In this document: one piece after another, positions 49,900 to 62,230 of the stretch
Layout of the letters: every line of letters begins with the position of its first letter
Position numbering within the stretch: the stretch's first letter is position 1
Assembly: GCA_039096225.1 (NCBI GenBank)
Contig: JBBPEB010000021.1
Span: 868,001-932,000 of the forward strand
DNA: 64,000 nucleotides
Direction of reading: 5' to 3'
Origin: Blastocystis sp. Blastoise
Taxonomy: Eukaryota; Protista; Bigyra: Opalinata
The notes under the pieces: generated by a model
The model's database searches: none
What the model saw: only the letters and a program-made list of their open reading frames with translations
What the model was told of the DNA's origin: nothing
Program-made: the position numbers and the translations under genes

Positions 49900-50811
49900 A
49901 TGTGAACTACTATTAGTATGGTGCATGCTGTTCATTGTAATTTATTATATATATTATATATATTTAAGTTTGATTATTCCGTATTTTTCCTTTTATAAGA
50001 GTTATATTTATTTTTTGTAATCATTATCAAGTTCTTCTATTTATTTTGTTAGGTTTTGAGTTTTTAATTCTTAAGTTTTTATCAGAATCAGTATGTGTAC
50101 AACAAATAGCATTAAATATGGCTTTTATTTTATATCTAACATTTTTTGCTATATGAAAACGCTTTAAATAAATAATTCATATAAACATATCAACAAAACA
50201 GCAAGTTAAGATTATCGGGTTCTTTCATTTTTTATACTCTTTAACATAACAGATAAACTTGTATAACAATATGTGCTTTCAAATACTTTTAAAAAGTTTC
50301 AAAATAAAAACATCATCTGTATAGAAAAAAAGATCTAAATATTACGAGATTCAAAGTCACTTCAATGAATCCGTGTAAAACAGACCATGACTCATGATAT
50401 ATGAAGAGAAGGCTAGAAATTATTGTGGATCAAGTGAATGTGGTTGGTAGTATAGTGTATTAAATTATGACCGAGATTTATAAACTGTAAAGAATAATAT
50501 TTCAAATGTAAACCATAACCCATGGCTCTGTATATGGTGTGCAAATGGTGAAGCCAAAATGTTCATTCACTTAGCTGAGAATATAATCCATTTTGATAGA
50601 AATAATTGAGATCACGTATCATAAAGAAGTTTGAAGCAATATAAATAAACCTTAAATTACTATTATGTATGAAGTACAATGAATACCTATTGATTTCAGA
50701 AACTGAATAGTACAATAACACTAGAAAACTCTATAAAACATTATCTATATATGCATAACAATGAGTGTAGTTTAAATTAAGAAATCTATATATATAATAT
50801 ATATAGAATAG

Positions 50812-50875
50812 CTTATGTCAGGAGTCGAACCTGATGGCCTTTTTGAGTATAGCCTCTCACCATATAGAGCATAAG
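50812..50875 (-). ncRNA. Non-canonical tRNA-like RNA, type A copy 2
   Basis: Minus strand CTTATG-CTCT atatggtg AGAG-GCTAT actcaaa AAGGC-ca-TCAGG ttcgact CCTGA-CATAAG. Confidence 0.8.
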
Positions 50876-50999
50876 TGATAACCAAGAAAATAATCATATG
50901 CGATATGTAAATATTAAATTGACATAAAAAACATGACATCTTATATATGAAGAACCTAAATATATATTTTATTAAAAAATATATATATAACATATAGAC

Positions 51000-52429
51000 A
51001 GCATTTAAGTAAATAATAGTAGAAAGTATTAGAAAAAAAGAGAGAAAAAGAGACCACAAAAAGAAAAATATCATCTAAGAGTAATAGAAAATCTAATAAG
51101 AGTAGAAGTAATAAAACAATGAAGAGTAAATATAGTAATGAAGGTGAGATCTGTATGAGAATTGTTGTACAATTAAGATAAAGTATCGCTACTATTACAT
51201 TTGAATTATATTGAAATTAAGATTAAGAAGTGAAGAAAAAAAATTAATTGGAGAATACGATTAATAATAAAATGAAGGTAAATAAAAAAAGAATTAATAT
51301 TTTGAATTAAAAAAAATATATATAAGATAAAAGTACAAAGAATATATATAATTTGAATAAGAGTATGACAGGATTATTGAGTGAGTTAGAAAATGACTTT
51401 AATTAGAGAATAAATTAGTAGAAAAATAGGTGGAGGAGTCATTGAAGAAAAAGGTAGGAAAAAATACGAAAAGAATGTAGAATAATGTAGAATAAGAAAC
51501 AATTCCAATACAGAATAAAAATGCAATTAGAAATAATACTAAAAATAGAAGTAATAATGTGAACTGAATCAAGAATGTGTAACGATAGAAGTAATAGTAC
51601 AAGTGGATGATGATTGAAAGAAAGAAATGAGAGTTAGAATATGAATAAGAATAAAGGAAGGAATGAGATAAAAAGATATATATATATATATAAGAAGAAT
51701 AAAAGGTAGAATGGAGACATAAATTAGAAATAGAATTAGGAAAGATTAGTTGGAAATATAACAGGGAAGAAATGAAACTATTGTTAAAGGTAAAAGAATA
51801 AGAAGTAAATATAGTATTATGAGTAGAATTAATAATCAAAGAAGGAGTCAAGATATAAATAGTATATCAATTAATACTGAAGAAATAGAGAAACATGTAT
51901 ATGAGTAAGTATATGAATAGAATAGATTATAGAATTAAAAAAAGTGAAAATAATGGTATGAGCATGGCAAAAGAATGATCAGCAGCTGTAAAATAAACAA
52001 GAATATGATTACAAGTAGTAGATAAAACTTTATCAAAAAGAGAATAAGAAGAAATGAAAGAAATGATAAAAATAATTAAAAAATAAAAGCAGCCATAAAT
52101 GTAGTAGTAATAGCTAGAGCAAGAAATAATCTAAGACAAATACGTGTAACAACAAATATAATACTAAAAAGAGAGAAAGAATAGAAGTATAAAAAATAAT
52201 TATAGTATTAAGAGATTTTGGAAAAAATAAGAGAATATTCATTACAGTAGTTAATATATTGTAAATATGATATAAAAATAAATAAAGCATTAAAATCTAG
52301 ATTCATTTTAGAAGTAATACTAAACGTAGAAGTACAAAAAAGAGCCAGAATAAAATTAAATAATTAGGAATAATTTCTTGAATGAATGTAATAATTAATA
52401 TTAATAAGTCTGAATAAAAATATGAGAAT

Positions 52430-52487
<58 letters not shown>

Positions 52488-53300
52488 TAAGATTATTTAA
52501 ATGATAAAAAGTAGATAGAATTAAATACCAGAAATGTAGCAAATAAGGAATCAAGAATAAATATGTTTAAAAGAATAAAATGGAATTATAATTAAGAGTG
52601 TTAGAATATAAAAATAGAAAAGGAATAATTATATAATTAAGTTATACATAGTAAAAATAGAGAAGAAAGATAATTAGTTAGGAAATATAGGAAAAAGAAG
52701 ACATAGATATATACACATTGCATAAGAAACAAGTATATGATTGAAAATGAATATAAGAATGGTTGCAGGAATAGTAATAAACAAATCATTAGAATTAGTA
52801 AAGAAATGGCTTCAAGATAAGTACGGAGAGAAAGTAGAGATATATATAAAATAGTTAGTATGATATTGTATTAGAATTAGGATTAAAAATAGGATTGAAA
52901 AAGAAAAAGAAAATAAAGATGTATAAAAATTTATAATAGAAGTTTAGAAGCAATACTTGAGATTAGAGTAGGAATGTAAAAAAGGAAGCTAACTACAGAT
53001 GGATATAAATACAGAAATAACTTGACTAAATGTTTTATACATAACAGAATATATATATGAATTAGGATTTGGCGTATTAATGAATGTGACAATAAATAGA
53101 GAAGTTTCTTTTAGAAAAAGTAGAGTAAATAAAGTATAGAATAGATTAAAGACATAAAGCCAATACGTCTATATATATGATGATATATAAAAACGGCATA
53201 TAAATATTAAATGAGAAATCATATTTATCAATAAGAGATAGAAAGTAAAAATAAAATGAAAATAATATAATAATAAAATAAAAAGGAATTAATACACATT
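51000..53300. other. Purine-rich, C-depleted (plus strand) tract, cassette copy 2
   Basis: Same position relative to tRNA-like A as 30400-32700; NNA triplet periodicity with many TAA/TAG/TGA. Confidence 0.7.
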
Positions 53301-54868
53301 ATATACTAATTATAAACACTAAACACACTATGATTTAAAAAACATATATCAAAAAATATATATACAATAAAGAATTATTCAGTTATTATTTGAGATATGT
53401 TGGACTTTTATTAATAATGCATTACTATAAATAAAATATTATAGAGATAAAAATATTATATATAAATATAAATAAAACATACATCTACTGTTTAGAATCA
53501 ATTATATTATTCACTTTAAAGAACACTTTTTTGAGTTTCGTAATCAGTTTATTCTTTGATGATAAGAGATGAATTAATTGTTCTTTTTGAATTATAGAGG
53601 AAGAAAATTATGTACCTAGACTTTTCTATTGCCCTATCGCATGTTGCTAATTAATACTAATCATCAACAGTTCATAGCAGTCGAATAATAATACGTACCA
53701 CACTATATATCATAATGCCATATAATCTTGTATAATAAGAAATTCATACATGACATATATTCAAGAATAGTATGACTCACCAGATAACAAACTCTTGAAA
53801 AAACCTTTCTTTTCGTTTCATCATCACTTAATGTTGATGTTGCTTTTTCAAATAGATAATTTCAAACTATATAGATGTAAACATATACGTTCAATATTAA
53901 AATACAAAAAAAAACCAACAATATATATCGTTTATAATAATTAATCCATAAAAATTCTTTTGAACTTTGATAGATTTCTTTTTATCAGATAACATTCATA
54001 TTATTATATTGAATTAATTATGAAAGTAATTCTTGATTCTTTTGCTGTTTATGAGTGGTAGCATTACTATTTCTGCAAAATTAAATAAGTTTATTCATTC
54101 ATTTTTCCATAATGTGTAAGAAATAGAATCTTATGTCGTTTATAGATATTAGGGATTTGGGTTAAGTAAAAATTTACCATTATTACTGTATTTTATGAAA
54201 ACTTCTTAACCATACTAGTTGCCATAATTCATATAAATTCAATATTCTCTTGATAATGAACTTATGATCAGTATTTGAAAAGCATATTAAAGAAAAGGTC
54301 TATTATATTTGAATCAAAAAGAGTGTTTAGAATTATTTGTTAGTCCATATAAAAAATGATACAAAATTTTATGTGTAACTACTAGATTGTGCTTAAAATC
54401 TATATTACGTGTCGGAAATTTAAAATAAATGATGTGAAACAGTGATGTAAGTTCATGATGATCTATCAAAAGCTTAGTAAAGTAAATAAAAAAGCCCTAT
54501 ATCATTAAATGGTTCTGATTAATTTAAATGACCTCAACGAATTTAAAATGAAAAATATTTTGACTGCATTACCTGTTTGAAAACTTTAAAGAGTTGATAA
54601 ACAATGCCACTATTCGTTTTGAGTATAAAATTGATTAGAATGATTAACTAAAAAATGAAATAATGAATTATATATTCCAAGTGATTGCAATTGGAAATGT
54701 GTATTTTGATAATAAAGAGTAAACAGAAGGTTTGTAGAGAAAAAACAGTATTAGTCATTTTGTTTCAAAATATTTTAGATCCTATATATTTATTTAATAA
54801 AATAATTCATAAAGAAAACGTAATCAAAATAGAATATTATGAAAAATAATAAAAAATATCGTAAATAA

Positions 54869-54935
54869 CCTTAAATCAGGAATTGAACCTGATAACAGCA
54901 TAATATCGCTATTACTTACCATACTAAGTTTAAGG
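54869..54935 (-). ncRNA. Non-canonical tRNA-like RNA, type B copy 2
   Basis: Minus strand CCTTAAA-CTTA gtatgg TAAG-t-AATAGC gatattat GCTGTT-a-TCAGG ttcaatt CCTGA-TTTAAGG. Confidence 0.85.
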
Positions 54936-55635
54936 AATATTAAATACATGAATAGTATCAATTATTAATAATATAATATATAAAAATAGCAACTAATAAG
55001 AATAAAAAAAATGTACTTTACGATAGTATAAACCAATACTATTGCAAAAAAGCATATTAATAAAGAATAAAATACAACATACATAGCAATATAATTATAT
55101 ATAATAATACATGTATATGAAAGAAAAATAAAATTGAATACATATATATTTTATAACAGAATGCAGAATAGAATAATATAATATAGATATAAAAAATAGA
55201 AATAAGTAAGACATATTAAAACTAATTCACGAAAAAAGTTAATGACGATGATTAATAAATACAATAACTTATATACAATATAAATGAAATGTACAACTCT
55301 TAAGATAAATATATGTGAATAATAAATAACATGAATAATACGTATATATATGTTTAAGAATTATTATATTTAAAGCTATATATAACCTATATAATAGAGT
55401 AAAATAGAGATATTGATATTAAAGATATATATAAAGGATATGTAGCGAAAGGAGTATTATATGTATATTAAACAAAATTTGTACTAATGATACAAATAAG
55501 TCCCTAAGAATATACGCTAATAACACCAGCCAAAAATAATTCATATATATAAGGATATCAAGAAATATAATGTATTATTATGAATACTAAAATGGAAACA
55601 ATACATAGAATTATTCAAAATATTGAGAACTATGC

Positions 55636-55699
<64 letters not shown>

Positions 55700-56009
55700 C
55701 TATATATATATATATATATATATTAATGAATGTATCTTAATAGACATGTATATATATGATTCTATATATATATGAAATAATATATAAGAGAAAATATATA
55801 TTAAGGAAATGGAAATATATACAATACAATTGAATTAGAAAAAATATTAATCAACAGAATATATATATATATATATATATACAGTATTCTTGATATTGAG
55901 ATAATATTTGAATAGAATATTGAATTATGTATCATCTAAATATAATGATAATGAAAGATTCTATATAAAAATATTAAAAAAAATATGTATATATATAAAT
56001 GTGTACATA

Positions 56010-56699
56010 ATTATCAGAAACCATTACGCCGCGAATACGTCTTTTCTACTACAATCTCTTTGAGCATGATTCTATAATGAAATAATAATATAAAGATATC
56101 TATATATATATATTTCTACAATATATAAATTGCATTCTCAAATATATATAATAATACCACATAAAAATATAAAAATAAATATATACTTCCCACTTCAGAA
56201 AAAGTAATAAGACAAAAAGTAATATAGGACCAAATTCTTAAACATTCACCATTACTTTTTACAAAATCTACCTATATAATATATAAATATTAAAATAGTA
56301 TAAGATATACAATATGCACATAACATAGGCCAACAAACATACTTGACAAGGAAATGTTGATCATCATGGTAAAATCCAAATATTGATTATCCATCTATCC
56401 ATGATCTTCAAATGACCGTTCTAAGACTATATAGATAAATTAAGCTAATAATAAAATACTTTAAGACTGGATCGCCAATTACATTCAGGCCTTTCATTTT
56501 ATTTTACTTCATATCAACTATAGAATATATTTCATAGCAATATATACATACGAATAATGGATCAACTCTATTTAAATACTAATATTTACTATTTAAAAGT
56601 ATTATGAATATTTGCTATCCCCATAAAACTTTTGAATCTAAAAACTCTTCTCTATATAAGGTCATGAAACAATTACATATTTTCAGCCAAATTAAGCAT
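56010..56699 (-). pseudogene. Cargo gene X copy 2: multi-exon, in-frame stops
   Basis: Short GT-AG introns; exon patches similar to 37290-37490 (AATTGGCGATCCAGTCTT vs AATTGACGATTCATTCTT; ATGATGATCAACATTTCCT vs ATGATGGACATTTCCT). Confidence 0.45.
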
Positions 56700-57091
56700 G
56701 ACTGAAAAAAGTGTCACATTTTTTGCCGTGGCAATTGTCACAAAAGTCAGGGAAGGGGCTGATGAAAAAGAAAATTAAAATTATTGTCTACTTTAAAATA
56801 TGAAAATGATGTCAACATAAATCATATTTTTTTATTGTTTATATATGCAAGCTCATCATCTTTATTTTTATAAGTAAGATATAAATTCATAAATCAAGAC
56901 TCTATGTAAAATTAACATTTCTTAACTATTTTGTTTCATATTTGCAAAATTTTCGCTTTTATTTATTCATAGCTTTTCAATTCATTTTATATATACTATC
57001 TATATTATTAAAAACTTTAAATATCCTTAATATATAACATAATTGTAATTAAGAAATGACTCATTTATTGGAGTTGAAAAATATTCTACAA

Positions 57092-57175
57092 GCCAGTTTG
57101 TCCGAGTGGTCCAAGGAGGGGGACTTAAGATCCCTTATGCGAACGCATGCGTGGGTTCAAACCCCACAGCTGGCA
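57092..57175 (+). tRNA. trnL-TAA: tRNA-Leu(TAA)
   Basis: GCCAGTT/AGCTGGC acceptor stem, anticodon loop CT-TAA-GA, long variable arm, GTGGG TTCAAAC CCCAC T-arm, discriminator A, downstream T run. Confidence 0.97.
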
Positions 57176-57277
57176 ATCCTTTTGATAATTTTTATTCTTT
57201 TTCTTTTTATACCATAATTTTCTTCAGTAATTATTTTCTTTTTAAACAAAACAAAAAAACAGTATTTACATGAAATA

Positions 57278-58529
57278 TTATATGTTCAAATTTAGTTCAA
57301 TAGTACTACGTTTTCCATTATAAACTGAATATTTAACCTAAGTATAAATGATATAATAGAATATATATATATATATATAATACTCCTGCTAAATCAAACA
57401 TTTTTCTGGACGCAATAGAAGAATTACTATCATGATATTTATCATCTAAATAAATAACATGCTTAATTCCCGCTTGAATAATGATTTTGGCGCAATTATT
57501 ACAGGGAAACAGAGAAACATATATCTATAATATATATATATAGAGAAAAAAGTTAAAAAACAATAGATAGCAAGTATTGTATATATAATAATTATAATAG
57601 AAAGAATACATATAATAATATATATAATAATAAAAAATATATATATTGTGCAATTCTTAGCAGATCCAGAATTTAAATTTAAAATAGCGTTCGTTTCTGC
57701 ATGGCAAACATACTATATATATATTGGATACTAAGATAAAATAATAATCATTTCAACAAATCTAACTATATATAATAAAGATTCTTACCATATATTTCGT
57801 ATCGAGTTCATTATCCGCTTCTCTTTCCCACGGTAATTGGTCATCTCCACAACCATTTGGAAACCCGTTATAACCAATTCCAACTATCTTATTCTCCTCA
57901 TTTACTATACTATATAGATATATATATTGTTTTTTTTTAAATATATATACTCATAAAATATATAAATATAGATATGATATTTTATATTATATTAAATATA
58001 TTATATATAATTATAAAATAAATAAAAAAGAATAACTATAATAATAATATACCACGCTCCTACTTGAGTATTTGGATCTATATATATATATATATATATA
58101 ATAGCTACTATATTCTATATAAATAATACCTTTACTTCGAAGAGCAGATAGAAAGGATAAAGACATAAAATATTCATCCCATGATATATAATCGTCTCTT
58201 TTTCCTTGATGTTTTTGTATTGATGAAGATTGTAAAATAAGATGAACTTCTTTCATGGCTTTATTATGAAGAGTTTGATAACACTTAGGAATTATCTCTT
58301 TTGAAAGAAAAGAAGAGTCGATAACAAATTGTTCAATCTTGTATTCGCTATCATTAGCATATACAGTCGTGTCTAAGGCAAGAAGAATAATAGCTTTCTT
58401 TGGTGAAGTAAACTCAGAAGCGTTTGTTTTGACTCCATCATTAGTAGAATCATCAATTGATTCATAAATTAATGCTGGCCACCATGGTAAGGCCACAAAC
58501 TTAACAATAGCAAGATGATCTGTTTTCAT
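57278..58529 (-). CDS. DCTD: dCMP deaminase with N-terminal PWWP-like domain (multi-exon)
   Basis: [59 protein letters not shown]; N-terminus [15 protein letters not shown]. Confidence 0.92.
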
Positions 58530-58987
58530 CAAAGATAATCAAATATCCAGAAATAATAATAAAAAAACACAAAAAGAAAAAAATGTTGATAAATCTTATT
58601 TTTCACTGAAATCACTTATGATCTATTATCAACCATGTGGTATAGCCTAAAGACAATAACAGAACTATTAATTATCATATAAACTTTAATGAATTCGACT
58701 TTAAATGGAGACTTGCGTATTGTATTAAAATAATCAAATGAATAAAGTGTTCAGGCAACGTTGCTTCATATTTAAAAATAATTATCTTTTAGAAGTGTAC
58801 AAAAAAAATGAATGAGCATTATAGTCACTTAATAATTCTTTATAAATCACAGAGAGCAAAAAAGAAAAATGAAATGATTATGATAAACAATAATTTAATG
58901 AAAAAAGAAGAAAATCTATAAAATATTATATAAAAAAGAAAAAAAAAAGAGATAAATCGATAAAAGCATTTATAAATATTTAGACAA

Positions 58988-59224
58988 TTATGTTGATATT
59001 TGTATATATCGTGGATTTTGACGAGTGAATTGTAAAACATCTTTTCGATCGCCACAAATATAATACTTTGAACCATAGAAAAATAAAGTAACCGTTCTAT
59101 ATATAAAAGTTGATATATTCTAAGTTTTTATTGAATAAATATATAAAAAAAAAATATTTGAATTCATATTTATATATTTATGTATATATAGTCAATAACT
59201 TTATATTATCTGATAAAAATAATG

Positions 59225-59289
<65 letters not shown>

Positions 59290-62116
59290 TAATAATAATC
59301 ATATATATACCGATGAGATTCATTTTCAACTCTATCTCGAAGTATATATGAATTTTCTTTACTATTTTTAAATACTTGTTGAATAATGAAATCTGGAGGC
59401 TGAAAATGACTTAAAACTTCTTGTTTTATACGTTTCCAAGATATTTTAGTAAATAATGATGAAGATTTTCCCATCATATAATATCCATTTAAAGTACTTA
59501 TAAAGAAGGATATCGTAAATATAGGTTCACATTGTGTACTCATATATTGTTTCAATAACTCTGGTTTTAATCTTACTATATAGGAATCTATACCTTGAGG
59601 ATTTGTAGGTAATAAATAAGAGTCATAATTAGTTAATGAACTAAGTAGAATAAATAACGAAGATGTTGGTGTTAATACTGGTGGCATTTCTTGTTCATTA
59701 TTCATAATAATACTATTTATATAAGGAGTCATGTCTATATATATATATAGAGAGAGAGATGATACTATTAGAAGAAGAAAATTATGTAATAAAGAAAAAG
59801 AAAAGACACCGTGAATACAAAAAGAAGAAGCAAAAGTCAATAAGAAATAGAATTGTGAATATAGAATAAAAATATAGTTATTTTTTGAATGTATAGATTC
59901 AATTGAATATAAATATATATATATAATAAAAAGATTTCAATAAATAAAATAAAAAAAATTATATAATTATATACCACCATAATATTTTTTACATATCTTA
60001 ATACATTCCTCTTTGTCTCCATATAAAACATATTCATTACTCTTTTCAATATCTTTCTCAAATAAAACAGATCTAGAATAAATATATATATATAATAATA
60101 ATCCTTAATAAAAGAATAAATAAAATTAATAATATCATAATTCTTTAAGAATTAAATAATACTATTATTAATAAATACATTAATAGGCATAATTTTAAAC
60201 ATATTAAAAAGCATAATAATATTATATATACGTTTGGTTTGTGAAGAATATATATCGTTCTATAGAACAACGTTCTCTTTCTTTATTTGAAAAGTCTAGA
60301 TGTATTTCTATATAATCTTCTTTAGTATATCTATCTCTTATCTTATTAATAAAATTAGACCAATCAGAACCAGTAATAACACGTTTTGTCTTATGAAATT
60401 GTAATGAAATACAAAAGTTACTACTAATAAACCAAGAAATAAACGGGAAACGTGCGTCAGCACATGCTTTGAGGATATCATCATAATGATTAACAAACAT
60501 ATATATACCTGGGTAAGTATTTCCAAAGAATGACTTAGAATCTGTATCTGGTATTCTATTTGTTGTAATTCCCGCACATTTATAACGAAGTATAGCAGCT
60601 TTATAACTAGAAGGATCTGATAATGATAAATCTTTTGGAATCTCAACAGTACGTTGAATAACTATTTGTGAAGATGAAGGAGAAGGAGAAGGAGAAGTAT
60701 ATTGAGAAACTTGAGTAGAAAGAGAAGACGAAGATTGATTTGGAAGTGAATATTTATTCTGTATAGAATTATTATTATTATTATTATTATTATTTTGTTT
60801 ATTATTATTATTATTATTTTGTTTATTATTATTATTTTGTTTATTATTATTATTATTCGATATATCATTTCTTAAGATTTGATTAGTTGATGGTTTAGAG
60901 AGAGGTTGAGGAAGAGGTATAGTGGAGTTATTTATATTTGATATTTTAGAGTTATTTGGATTATTCATATCTATAGTATTTGTGTTGATAGGTTTAGATG
61001 TATATGAATAAGGAGAGGATGAAGGATAAGAAGGAGGTTGAATAGAATTAGCAAATGGATTTGATAAAAATGGATTATTATTATTATTATTATTTTGTTC
61101 ATTATTATTATTATTATTATTATTAGTAGTAGTAGTATTCATATTATTATTATTAATGCTATTAATATTATTATTATTAATGCTATTAATATTATTATTA
61201 TTATTATTAATGCTATTATTATTATTATTAATGCTATTGTTATTATTACTATTACCATTATTATTAATTGATGGATTCTCTTGTGGAGTATTTAAAGGAG
61301 GATAATAATAAGAAGAAGACACAGGAGTAGGAGAAGAAGAATATGCATTACGTTCAAAACCAGGATTGGAATATATACCTTCAGGTTGTTTATAATTCGA
61401 ATAAGCTATAGGATTCTTTGCATTATTTGAAAGTGTTGAATAATCATAAGAGTAATGATGTACTTTTTGTTCTGCTAAAGGTTGAGGAGAAGAAGGAAGA
61501 TAATTATTAGTAGCAGGATTATTAAGATGAGATATAGGAGGATATATAGGTATATCAGCAGGACCATCAGGAGTAATATAATGATCTACAGGAGTCGATA
61601 GAGGTTGAAGTCCTTGATTCCCTTGGGAATAAGGAGAATTTGAATAATTCGAATAATTTAATGATTCTAAATTATTCGTGTTGAGAGTAGTAGTTGTTGT
61701 GATATTAGGAGTAGGAGAAGTAGTAATAGGTGGAATAAGAGTAGGAAGAGAAGAATTAGTATAATTCTTAATAAATTCTGGAGGTTGAATAATAGATTTT
61801 GGATTAATAATAGATGGAAATGAAGACATAGAATCATTAGAATGAATAGATTGATAGCATGAAGAAGCAGAAACAGATGCAGCTGAAGAAGGAAGAATAG
61901 AAGAAGAAGAAGAAGAAGAAGAAGGAGGAGGAGGAGGAATAGGATATTGATTTGATATAGATTGTAGTGATGATTGTGTATATATAGGGTAGGTTGTTGT
62001 TAATGGTGGATCAGGAAGAGAAGAAGAAGGAGAAGAAAATGGATTAATTAAAGAAGGTGTTCCTTGAGAATAAGGATCTAAATATGATGGAGATATAGGA
62101 GGAAGAAGAGATGGTA

Positions 62117-62157
<41 letters not shown>

Positions 62158-62182
62158 GTATTATTAGTATTATTATTATGTA

Positions 62183-62230
<48 letters not shown>

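Larger units (their letters stand above)
25550..56761. mobile_element. Giant (31,212 bp) hAT-superfamily DNA transposon with cargo
   Basis: TIR CAGCCCCTTCCCT at 25550-25562 and its reverse complement AGGGAAGGGGCTG at 56749-56761; 8-bp TSD ATGAAAAA at 25542-25549 and 56762-56769; internal hAT transposase. Confidence 0.9.

Noticed and set aside
30086-54935. Calling the four tRNA-like RNAs standard tRNAs (Ile, Leu, Sec) or proven stop suppressors
   Set aside because: No U8/R9, irregular loops and loop triplets not conserved between homologues; TTA in AT-rich loops is expected by chance
25550-56761. Polinton/Maverick, virophage or giant-virus insertion
   Set aside because: No pPolB, capsid, packaging ATPase or retroviral-type integrase recognised; the TSD length and transposase are hAT-type
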